From positions 7,186 to 71,185 of the forward strand of contig CAYPBJ010000005.1 of assembly GCA_964408945.1 (NCBI GenBank): 64,000 bases of DNA. The letters run 5' to 3'. Below, piece by piece: positions 39,817-48,900 of the stretch. The DNA comes from an uncultured Rhizobium sp. (GTDB lineage Bacteria > Bacteroidota > Bacteroidia > NS11-12g > UBA955). The notes under the pieces were generated by a model. It searched no databases. It saw only the letters and a program-made list of their open reading frames with translations, and was not told the origin of the DNA. The position numbers and the translations under genes are program-made. The number at the start of each line of letters is the position of its first letter. Positions within the stretch are counted from its first letter, which is position 1.

Positions 39817-41529
39817 TTAAAACAAACCAAGTGAAATACCACCCATCACGGTAATACCGAAGTTGGGTAAACCATACCACATTTGATAATTTCTATTTAG
39901 AAGATTACTTCCTTGTATCCAAACTCTACCTTTTTCTTTAAATCGGTAATCCAGTCTAGCATGAAGATCTAAAACACTGCCCACAGGGTCAACCTTAACT
40001 TTGTTATTCTCAAGAAGAATTTGGTTATTTCTGTTCCCCATTCCAGTTAAACCAACTTTTATTTTAACGGTTTCAATGGGGGTGAAGTGTGCACTAACAT
40101 CATACATAAGGCTTGGCAGATGCCAATAAACATCATCTGAACCGTAGTTTAGTACTTTTAAGTTACCACTTACTTTAATTTTTTCACCAAGCATATATTC
40201 AGCACCCACTCTGAAATAGACCGTTGAAACCGTATTGTAAACAGCCTTTAGCCCTCTAAGCGAATCTATATTGTTGCGAAGGGTGTCAGCTTTATTAGCT
40301 ACTGAAGCAAACATCAATTGATCAATGATTGAATTTCCTCCAAAATCCATGTAAAAAAGAGATTGATTAGAAATTTTACCTTTGATTCCAACAAAAACAT
40401 TGTACTGTTCGTAGGAATTTTTCAAAACTTGATTCTCTATGAAAAAAGGCATTTGGTCGTGAATTCTACGTATACTATTCTTTCTTAATCCGCCATCAAA
40501 TCCGCCATACAATTTCATTTCTAAACCAGTAATTCCTTTCTCAAATTCAATGTGTGCATTCACGTATGTCTTACTTGAGGTACTATCTAGAGTGTTTTGA
40601 ACGTGATTAACATTTATACCACCAATCACATTGAAATCAGTTGGTTTATGGTAAAACTTCACCCTAGGTAGAACATCAATAAATAGTTGATTGCTTTTTT
40701 GAGCTATACCCGTATCGCTGCGCTGGTTGGTTTGAATATAATTAGCTGATAAGTCGCCAAATATTGAGAATTTTGATAATTTGGAGTTGAATCTCAAAGT
40801 CGAGGCTAATTCCATCTCTTGATGTCTGAAATTGGTTTCAAACATTTGAGCTGAATTCAACCATCTGAATTCAGGTTTCTTTCTGTTTGCCAATGAGATA
40901 TAATCAATATTAAAGCCATAGTTTTGAGCTAATTTGCCTTTTTCACTAATGGAAAATACTCTATCTGAATTTGTTTCTTGAGTAATCCCTGAGTCTTTTC
41001 CAAAAAATGTATGCAGGTCTCTGTGATAGTATAATCGGGTAGTAATGCTAGAATTGTTGAAAAACCTAGATCCACTCATGTCAACTCTAGTATTTCCAAC
41101 TTTTTGATCTCTCAAAGCATTATTGGCATTGAAATGCAGTGCTGATAAATTGTAAGCCCATTTATTGTTGGGTCTATTTGATAAAAACAATTCACCCAAT
41201 AAATGCGAGTTGTTTCCAGCGCCTAGGCGTAGATAATTTGATAAGTAAACACTGTCTTGACTGCGTTCCTTGATGATTTCTGGAGAAATATTTTGGATGT
41301 ACTTCTGGGTTGTCCACGAAAATTGTGGTGTTTTGAAATCAATGTTAATCTTGGGAGCTTCGGTTTGAGGTACTGCCGGCTCAATATTAATTCGAGAAGC
41401 AGATATCAACTTGATGTTTGTGCCTGAAACCACATCTCTGCTGCTATTTTCAAAGCCTTTGGGTTTCTCAGTCTGCGCCATCAATTGCCCTGTGCATAGA
41501 ACAAATGCAGATATTATTGCGTATTTCAT
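39817..41529 (-). CDS. Outer-membrane beta-barrel protein (putative porin), function unknown
   Basis: 570 aa with signal peptide MKYAIISAFVLCTGQLMAQ. The sequence has alternating amphipathic strands throughout and ends in an aromatic residue (GGISLGLF), typical of OMPs. Confidence 0.6.
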   Translation of the reverse strand: MKYAIISAFVLCTGQLMAQTEKPKGFENSSRDVVSGTNIKLISASRINIEPAVPQTEAPKINIDFKTPQFSWTTQKYIQNISPEIIKERSQDSVYLSNYLRLGAGNNSHLLGELFLSNRPNNKWAYNLSALHFNANNALRDQKVGNTRVDMSGSRFFNNSSITTRLYYHRDLHTFFGKDSGITQETNSDRVFSISEKGKLAQNYGFNIDYISLANRKKPEFRWLNSAQMFETNFRHQEMELASTLRFNSKLSKFSIFGDLSANYIQTNQRSDTGIAQKSNQLFIDVLPRVKFYHKPTDFNVIGGINVNHVQNTLDSTSSKTYVNAHIEFEKGITGLEMKLYGGFDGGLRKNSIRRIHDQMPFFIENQVLKNSYEQYNVFVGIKGKISNQSLFYMDFGGNSIIDQLMFASVANKADTLRNNIDSLRGLKAVYNTVSTVYFRVGAEYMLGEKIKVSGNLKVLNYGSDDVYWHLPSLMYDVSAHFTPIETVKIKVGLTGMGNRNNQILLENNKVKVDPVGSVLDLHARLDYRFKEKGRVWIQGSNLLNRNYQMWYGLPNFGITVMGGISLGLF

Positions 41530-41644
41530 TCAATGACAAAATTCATGTTTTAAACGTTGTACTTGTACCCCAAAATTTGGATTGTCTATAAAAGTAAACA
41601 AGTTGAAATTGCCGCTAAATACTTTGAAAAAAATCAAGGAATAC

Positions 41645-41675
41645 CTTGTTTAATTGTAAATTATGGTTAACTTTG
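41645..41675 (+). promoter_or_regulatory. Candidate promoter of rplU-rpmA (-33 CTTG, -7 TAACTTTG)
   Basis: TAACTTTG at 41668-41675, with a TTG ending at 41648 (19-nt spacer). The ATG is at 41691. Confidence 0.45.
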
Positions 41676-41690
41676 CAGCCCAATTTCGTC

Positions 41691-41999
41691 ATGTACGCTA
41701 TAGTAGAAATCGCAGGAAGACAATACAAAGTGCAGGAGAATTCCTACCTTATTGTCAATCGTCTCGAGGCTGAACAAGGTTCAACCATTGAGTTTGATAA
41801 AGTTCTTTTCATAGGTGGAGATAAAGTTAAAGTAGGTCAACCTACTGTTTCTGGTGCTAAGGTTTCTTGCACCGTAACCAACCATGGTAAAGGTGATAAG
41901 GTAATCGTTTTCAAAAAGAAAAGAAGAAAAGGTTACAAAGTAAAAAACGGTTTCAGACATTATTTGACCCGTTTGAGAATTGAAAAAATTACTGCTTAA
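41691..41999 (+). CDS. rplU: 50S ribosomal protein L21
   Basis: MYAIVEIAGRQYKV is the canonical L21 N-terminus. The start is trimmed from the longer TTG-initiated track ORF. Confidence 0.95.
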   Translation: MYAIVEIAGRQYKVQENSYLIVNRLEAEQGSTIEFDKVLFIGGDKVKVGQPTVSGAKVSCTVTNHGKGDKVIVFKKKRRKGYKVKNGFRHYLTRLRIEKITA

Positions 42000-42019
42000 T
42001 CAATTAATACGAAAAGAAA

Positions 42020-42280
42020 ATGGCACATAAAAAAGGAGCTGGTAGTACCAAAAACGGCCGTGAGTCTCACAGTAAAAGATTGGGTGTTAAAATTTACGGT
42101 GGCCAAATCGTAAAAGCAGGTAACATCATCGTTCGTCAACGCGGTACCAAGCACCACGCTGATGTTAATGTAGGAATTGGTAAAGATCATACCTTGTTTG
42201 CCTTGTCAGACGGTATCGTTCAATTCAGCAAAGGTAAAAACGGCAGAAGTTTTGTTTCTGTAGTAGAAGCCCAAGCTTAA
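42020..42280 (+). CDS. rpmA: 50S ribosomal protein L27
   Basis: [24 protein letters not shown] is the canonical L27 N-terminus. Confidence 0.96.
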   Translation: MAHKKGAGSTKNGRESHSKRLGVKIYGGQIVKAGNIIVRQRGTKHHADVNVGIGKDHTLFALSDGIVQFSKGKNGRSFVSVVEAQA

Positions 42281-42301
42281 TTCATTGAAATAAATAAATA
42301 A

Positions 42302-42332
42302 AGCCGTGCTTCTTAAAGTTGCACGGCTTTTT
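42302..42332 (+). terminator. Rho-independent terminator after rpmA
   Basis: Hairpin agccgtgc / gcacggct followed by a T-run. Confidence 0.8.
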
Positions 42333-42386
42333 CTATATAAAGCCTTTCGTATAATCGTATTAGTAAAGTCTAAAAAACCACCAATT

Positions 42387-42905
42387 ATGAGCAACTTAAC
42401 CATTAAAATGCCGCAAGACTCATTCACCCAAATGAATGAAATTGTCTTACCAAACGATACAAATACTCTTCATAATTTAATGGGTGGTAAAATGCTTCAT
42501 TGGATGGATATTTGTGCAGCCATAGCGGCCCAAAAACACAGCAATAAAATAGTTGTAACCGCCGCCGTAGATTCAGTGTCCTTCAAAGAAGCTATTAAAC
42601 TTGGCGATGTAGTCACACTCAATGCTTATGTCACCCGTTCATTTAATTCTTCTATGGAAGTATTTATTGAGGTTTGGACTCAAAATATCCCTACTGGAGA
42701 GAAAATCAAATCCAATGAAGCATATTACACTTTCGTTGCTTTAGATAGTAGACACCGTCCAACACCCGTAGCTGCTATTGAGCCTCAGACAGATGTTGAG
42801 AAAGAAAAATATGCAGGTGCTCTTCGCCGCCGACAAGTGCGTCTAATATTAGCGGGAAAAATGAAACCCGAAGATGCTCAAGAACTGAAGAATTTGTTTC
42901 TCTAA
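42387..42905 (+). CDS. Acyl-CoA thioesterase (hotdog fold, YciA-like)
   Basis: It matches the 4HBT/acyl-CoA hydrolase pattern (P.DTN...N..GG.....MD..A.IAA). The start is trimmed to Met28, because the longer ORF begins inside the rpmA terminator. Confidence 0.8.
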   Translation: MSNLTIKMPQDSFTQMNEIVLPNDTNTLHNLMGGKMLHWMDICAAIAAQKHSNKIVVTAAVDSVSFKEAIKLGDVVTLNAYVTRSFNSSMEVFIEVWTQNIPTGEKIKSNEAYYTFVALDSRHRPTPVAAIEPQTDVEKEKYAGALRRRQVRLILAGKMKPEDAQELKNLFL

Positions 42906-42916
42906 AGATTGGAATC

Positions 42917-43864
42917 TTATTTAATCAATCCAATTTCAGTTAGTCTCTGAATCAGGAATTCATTTGCTGTACAGTCTTCGTATTTTTTTGGATTTTCACT
43001 AGATATACAAGATTCAAGGCAATCTAACCTCACTTCAGGCCTTGGATGTAAAAAGAAGGGAATACTATATCGAGGCTCGTGCCATTTTTCTTGAGGCGGA
43101 TTAACCACTCTATGAGTTGTACTGCGCAATTTGTCATTGGTTAATCTTTGTAACATATCACCTACATTGACAACAATGTGGTTTTCTACTTCCGTTACGG
43201 GAATATACTGTCCTTGTTTGTTTAAAACCTCTAGTCCATCTGCAGAGGCACCAACCAACAATGTTATTAGGTTAATATCTTCGTGTTCACCTGCTCTAAT
43301 TGCATTTAAAGGGTCAGATGTTATAGGAGGGTAGTGGATGGCTCTTAAAATGGAATTGCCATTGAAGATTCTTTGATCAAAATAAAATTCATCCAAGCCC
43401 AAATAGAGAGCGATAGCTTGCAACATGGTTTTTCCAGTTGATTCTAATGACTGATAAATTTCTTTTCCAGACACATTGAATGCAGTTAGCTCTTCAACCC
43501 ATTTATTCTCAGGGAAGCTTGGAGGGTTAGAATCTGCGGAATCAACATATTGGCCGAAGTGCCAAAATTCTTTTAAATCACCTGCATTTCTATCTTTTGC
43601 ATGTTCTTTACCAAACCCAGTGTAACCTCGTTGTCCGCCGCCAGCTGTATCGTCGTATTTAAGTTTAATATCTAACGGAAGCTGAAAAAAATCTTCCACT
43701 GATTTGTATAAATTCTTGAGGATGGTTTCAGAAATTCCGTGATTTCGGATGGCTACAAAGCCAATTTCTTCGTATGCTTTGCCTAGGTTCGTGACGAACT
43801 GTTTTTTCTTTTCTGCGTCGCCAGATACAAAATCAGATAAATCTAGTTTGGGAATTTCGAACAT
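42917..43864 (-). CDS. 2-oxoglutarate/Fe(II)-dependent oxygenase (isopenicillin N synthase-like family)
   Basis: 315 aa with the facial triad H-x-D (GEHEDINL) plus a distal His (TTHRV), and the RYSIPFF 2OG-binding Arg-x-Ser. Confidence 0.8.
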   Translation of the reverse strand: MFEIPKLDLSDFVSGDAEKKKQFVTNLGKAYEEIGFVAIRNHGISETILKNLYKSVEDFFQLPLDIKLKYDDTAGGGQRGYTGFGKEHAKDRNAGDLKEFWHFGQYVDSADSNPPSFPENKWVEELTAFNVSGKEIYQSLESTGKTMLQAIALYLGLDEFYFDQRIFNGNSILRAIHYPPITSDPLNAIRAGEHEDINLITLLVGASADGLEVLNKQGQYIPVTEVENHIVVNVGDMLQRLTNDKLRSTTHRVVNPPQEKWHEPRYSIPFFLHPRPEVRLDCLESCISSENPKKYEDCTANEFLIQRLTEIGLIK

Positions 43865-43923
43865 GTTGCGAAGTTAACATTAACATGACGAACCAACAAT
43901 TGAAAATTAGTTGAATGTAATTT

Positions 43924-44154
43924 CTACAAGGAGTGGTTTTCTTGCATACTAATCTCTTCCAGGACAATATTTAAACTGGTTGGATGTGGATTTTGGAAAT
44001 TACACATAGAACTTCTTAATGTTTGAAGGTCTCTGATAAGTTCTTGCCAGTCTTGCCTATCGCTGATGTTAACTTGAATATAATCAGTTACTTCAGGGCT
44101 GCTTTCATTGTAAAAATAAGAGATGATGTCAGTTTCGGTAATGTTTATATTCAT
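43924..44154 (-). CDS. Small hypothetical protein downstream of the ECF sigma gene (possible regulatory partner)
   Basis: 76 aa, acidic, with no TM segment. It lies 45 nt downstream of the sigma factor gene on the same strand. Confidence 0.35.
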   Translation of the reverse strand: MNINITETDIISYFYNESSPEVTDYIQVNISDRQDWQELIRDLQTLRSSMCNFQNPHPTSLNIVLEEISMQENHSL

Positions 44155-44199
44155 AGATTTCCGTCTTTAATACAACACAAGAACGGAAGAAGTCTGAAA

Positions 44200-44784
44200 T
44201 TATTTTACCCTAACGCTATTTTTTTCCATCATTTTTCTCAAGTTCATGATGGCGTAGTGCATTCTACCTATACAAGTATTTATGTTTGTATCTGTAATGG
44301 CAGCAATTTCTTTAAAACTAAGATCAGCATAATTTCGAAGTATCAATACTTCTTTTTGTTCGATTGGAAGTTGATGAATCAACTTTGTAATCAAAGATTT
44401 TTCATCGTTTTCAATCTGAATTTCTTCCTGAGATTTGTCAAAAACCATTAAAGTTTCAAAAATATCATACCCTTCAGAATTTACAACTGAAGGTAATCTC
44501 TTGCGCTGTCGAATGGAGTCAATGGCCAGATTTCGTGCAATTCGAAGTGCCCATGGAAGAAATTTGTCTTCGTGATTGTATTTGCCCGCTCTGATTTGAT
44601 GAATTACCTTGATGAAAGTCTCCTGAAAAATGTCTTCAGCGATGTAACGGTCGTTTACAACGTTTAAAATAGAACTAAAGATGCGTTGTTTATGACGCTT
44701 CATAAGTGTTTCGAATGCGGTTTGGCTTCCTTCAACGTAACGTTGAATCAATACGCCGTCAGCTAAAATAGACTTAGTCATCAT
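44200..44784 (-). CDS. RNA polymerase ECF-type sigma-70 family factor
   Basis: 194 aa with a region 2 pattern (AEDIFQETFIKV, FLPWALRIARNLAID) and a region 4 HTH (DLSFKEIAAITDTNINTCIGRMHYA). Confidence 0.88.
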   Translation of the reverse strand: MMTKSILADGVLIQRYVEGSQTAFETLMKRHKQRIFSSILNVVNDRYIAEDIFQETFIKVIHQIRAGKYNHEDKFLPWALRIARNLAIDSIRQRKRLPSVVNSEGYDIFETLMVFDKSQEEIQIENDEKSLITKLIHQLPIEQKEVLILRNYADLSFKEIAAITDTNINTCIGRMHYAIMNLRKMMEKNSVRVK

Positions 44785-44913
44785 AGATACCTCCCTGTTA
44801 AGTTTAAATACTAAAAAATAGGTTTAGGTAAAGATGTGTCTTATAGGCGTTTTGTTGTTATTTAAAACGCAAGGTATAAAAACAAAAATGAAAAAACAAA
44901 AAAAAATTAAAAA

Positions 44914-45852
44914 TTATAATCTCAAGCCATTTATAAAGTCAGATGATTTCATTTTTGGCTTTCCAGCTACTTGCAATTCAATTACTTCAATATAGAAGTC
45001 TAGTGTTTTAACAAACAAACGCTTTGAAATCAAGTGAAAAGAATTTCCTAATGATTGTTGGTGTTGAATCTGAATGTCTTTTAGAGTATTCTCTGAAACT
45101 AGCTCGCACGATATTATTTTAAGATCTCCCCATGGACTTTTTATCCATGCACCCGGATAAGTACTCAATCCACGAACCTTATTATAGAAGTCAATGGAAT
45201 TCAAGGAATTAGATAACTCGCAAAAATCCCTAAATATTTTTGGTGCTAATTTGGGATTTTGGTTTACGATTTGTGCGGTTACTGGTGTCTTCCCTCGGTG
45301 AATTTCAATTAATTTTACCGTAGATACAATAGTTCTACTACCTAATATCATCAGTTTATCGTGAAGTGAACTGGCGTTTTCGTTCGGTAAAATCTCAATG
45401 CTTTCACTTAAAATGATGTCTCCGGTGTCAATTTCATGTTTTAAAAAAAAGGTGGAGACACCTGTCATTGTTTCACCATTGATTATTGCGTGATTGATAG
45501 GCGCAGCTCCTCGATAATCTGGGAGTAATGAAGCGTGGAGGTTTACTGTACCTAACTTTGGAGCACTCCAAATAATTTCTGGTAACATTCTAAATGCTAT
45601 AACAACTCCTAAATCGACATCCAATGATTTAAACTGTTCAATGAATTCTGTAGATTTTAGTTTTTCGGGCTGCAAGATTAAAAGCCCCATCTCCAGAGCT
45701 GTTTTTTTTACATCCGACATTTGCATTTTTTGACCCCTTCCTGCTGGCTTATCGGGAGCGGTTATTACTGCCGAAATCTCAAATCCAGCTTCAGCAAGAG
45801 ATTTTAACGATTCAGCAGCAAATGCAGGTGTTCCAAAAAAGGCAATTTTCAT
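44914..45852 (-). CDS. fmt: Methionyl-tRNA formyltransferase
   Basis: MKIAFFGTPAFA N-terminus, NLHASLLPDYRGAAPI catalytic motif, and a C-terminal tRNA-binding domain. Confidence 0.93.
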   Translation of the reverse strand: MKIAFFGTPAFAAESLKSLAEAGFEISAVITAPDKPAGRGQKMQMSDVKKTALEMGLLILQPEKLKSTEFIEQFKSLDVDLGVVIAFRMLPEIIWSAPKLGTVNLHASLLPDYRGAAPINHAIINGETMTGVSTFFLKHEIDTGDIILSESIEILPNENASSLHDKLMILGSRTIVSTVKLIEIHRGKTPVTAQIVNQNPKLAPKIFRDFCELSNSLNSIDFYNKVRGLSTYPGAWIKSPWGDLKIISCELVSENTLKDIQIQHQQSLGNSFHLISKRLFVKTLDFYIEVIELQVAGKPKMKSSDFINGLRL

Positions 45853-45856
45853 GGTG

Positions 45857-45864
45857 CAAAGGTA
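45857..45864 (-). promoter_or_regulatory. Candidate -7 promoter element (TACCTTTG) abutting the fmt start codon
   Basis: The minus strand reads TACCTTTG with only 4 nt before the ATG at 45852. Confidence 0.3.
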
Positions 45865-45954
45865 GGTTTTTGCATTTTTCGCAAAAACTTCTGACCCAAA
45901 TTTAACGTCTATGTAGGTGATCTTATGTAAAGAAGTACGAAATTTGATTTTTTA

Positions 45955-48900
45955 ATGAATCTAAAAGGTTGGTATATATGGTTGTTAACATCATTGATTT
46001 CGGTCAATGTTTTTGCCATTGATGGTACCAACCCACAGTTTATTCCGAATAAAAACCAGTATTCTGATAATGTCATAGCAAAATTACCCTTGAATTTTGG
46101 ACAATTATGGTTTACTAAGTCGGGTATATGGATACAATTATTAAAAGAAGAAGAACTTGAAAGTCTGCATGATAAGACGGTTGATCATTTAAAGCTTAAT
46201 TGTGATGTTGTTCATTTGGATTTTTTTGGTGCGAATCTATCAAATTATCAATTTGAAGGAGATTCTTCCAATGAAATTTACAATTTCATCAAAGGTAGCA
46301 ATCCTCAAAAATGGTCAACTGATATCAGAAAGCGAGAAATAATTCTTTTCAAAAATGTGTACGATGGGGTAGATCTTGAATTTAAATGCACCAATTCAGG
46401 GATTAAATACAATTGGTTAATCCATGATTCTAAAAAAATTAACTGGTTGGATCAAATTAAATATCAATTTGAAGGTGCCAATGTTCAAATGGTTCACTCG
46501 AAGAAATTGAAAATCAATTCCAATAACCATGAATTTTTTGAGAGTATACCCTTGGTTTATTTTATTGATGAAGATGGACAAAAAACAGTAGAACAACTTC
46601 ATTACAGAATTGATAAAAATGTTATTTCTTATCATTGGGAAGGAACAGATGCTCAAAGTGAAGGATTAAATCCTGAAATTAATTCTATTTCAAACTCCGA
46701 CTTGGTAATTGATCCGATTCTTGTTTTTAGTACTTATTCAGGTTCATTTGCCGATAATTTCGGTTGCACTGGTACATACGATGATTTAGGTAACGGATAT
46801 TCAGGTGGAACAGTTTTTGATCTTGGATTACCTACTACTGCAGGGGCAATTCAACTTAATTTTGGTGGAGGTGAAGATGAGAATTTAGGTTATGGGGGAA
46901 GTAGAGACGGAGCAATTTTAAAGTTTAATCAGAGTGGAAGTCAGCTTCTTTATTGCACCTATCTAGGTGGTTCTGGAAATGAGCAACCCCATAGTATGGT
47001 AGTTGATTCTTTGAATAATTTGTTTATCATGGGTTCGACAACGAGTTTGGACTTTCCAATGATTACAACTCCAAAGCCTTATAACCACTTACCCAATACC
47101 GGATATGAATTTTTTGTGGTGAAATTGAATTCAACGGGTACTCAATTAAAGGGTTCTACTTTTGTGGGTGGATCTAAAATGGATGCCGTTGGTGCTGATC
47201 GATCCACTCAAGATGTAAACGATTTCCCACTTCTTTACAATTATGCCGATGAGTTTAGAGGTGAAATAATCACCGATAATAAGAATATCTACATTGGAGG
47301 ATTTACCTATTCTTTAGATTTTCCAAATTCAGTTGAAACTTCACCAATTTCAGGTCCTAAAATGAGTGGGGTTGTATTTTCGTTAGATGGGAATTTATCT
47401 AATTTACGATGGTCAAGGCTCATTTATTCTGCTGATAACTCGTATACTGCTATTTATGGAATAGCATTAGGTGATTCTGGTGATATTTACGCAACTGGTG
47501 GAACAAACGGAAAGCAATTTTCTAATAAATATGGTGTAAAATGGATGAATAATTTCATTGGTGATGTTGATGGAATTATTTTACGATTAACCTCAAATAC
47601 GGGTAGTTTACTCTCCGGAAGATATTACGGAACCAATTCCTATGATCAATCCTATTTTGTTCAAACCGATAATACGGGTAGACCTTATATATTTGGTCAT
47701 ACAGAAGCACCTTTGCCAGTAATCAATGCACGATATAATGACCCCAATAAAGGTCAATTCATCACACGTTTTAATAGATATCTCAATCAAGTTGAACTTC
47801 AAACCACTTTTGGTTCTAATTCCAATTTGCCAAATATTAGTCCATCTGCCTTTTTGATTGATCGTTGTGAACGAATTTTTATTTCAGGTTGGGGTGGGGC
47901 AACTAATAGTTCACTCTATGATGTTTTTACTGGGAACCCTAAGACACACCGGAATAAAGGCACTACTAGAAACCTTCCAATTACCGGTGATGCCTATCAA
48001 AGAACAACCGACGGAAGTGATTTTTATGTAGCTGTTTTTTCTAAAAACATGTATAACTTGGCTTATGCCACTTTTTTTGGTGGTATGACCTCTGGCTCAA
48101 AAGAAGCAGAAGAACACGTTGATGGAGGAACAAGTAGATTCGATAAAAAAGGAATTATTTATCAATCGGTTTGCGCGGGATGCAGAAGGAATGGCATTTA
48201 TCCAACTACGCCAAATGCATATTCTAGAATTAATAACAGTTCAAATTGCAACAATGCTCTGTTTAAAATTGATTTTGAGAATTTAAATAAAATTCCATCA
48301 ATGAACGACACATTGGTGGAGGTAATTGCGACTCAACCCATTAACTTTACTATGTGGGCTTCTGATCCAGATGTATTTGATACATTGAGAATAAAGGCAA
48401 AATGGCTCAATAGAGCCGGAATGGTCGGTTCAGATACTGCAATGATAACTACTTACGAGGGTATTAATAGGGCAAGATTTAATTTGACTTGGAACACTCA
48501 ATGCAGTAGTTTTTCAAAAGATACAGCTGTTCTACAACTCATGATTTTTGATTGTGGCTGCCCTGAAGCAGATACTATTTATAGACTTGTAAAAATAATA
48601 GTAAAAGAACCACCCATTGTTATCCCCCCAGATGCCATTTGTGTGAGTTATGATCGCGTAAACAAGGAAATGAAAGTTGCTTGGCCCGCAACGATTGTTC
48701 CAACTTCATTTTTTAAATACTTCTTACTAGAAAAAACAGATCCACAAGGAAATATCTCAATTATAGATACAATTTGGAGCTCTACTGCAGGATCTTTTTT
48801 GGATGGTAATGTAGTGACTCCCAATCTGCAAAATTATTGCTATAAGATTATTGGAGTGAATATTTGCAATGTTAAAACCAATCCGTTAAGTAGTTGGTGT

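Noticed and set aside
41646-41690. An upstream extension of rplU. The thioesterase ORF has a similar one at 42306-42386.
   Set aside because: The extensions begin at non-ATG codons within a promoter and a terminator hairpin respectively. The canonical N-termini (MYAIVEIAGRQYKV; MSNLTIKMPQ) start at downstream ATGs.
42917-43864. A stand-alone 2OG/Fe(II) oxygenase as a possible natural-product tailoring gene.
   Set aside because: No biosynthetic neighbours (NRPS/PKS, methyltransferase or transporter) flank it. Single copies of this family are widespread in Bacteroidota genomes.
44785-44913. An A-rich low-complexity intergenic tract (runs of A interrupted by single bases) that could be a repeat or phase-variable homopolymer.
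   Set aside because: It lies between a gene start and a gene end with no ORF spanning it. No single homopolymer run is long enough or positioned in coding sequence to act as a slipped-strand switch. It is most likely an AT-rich promoter/terminator spacer.
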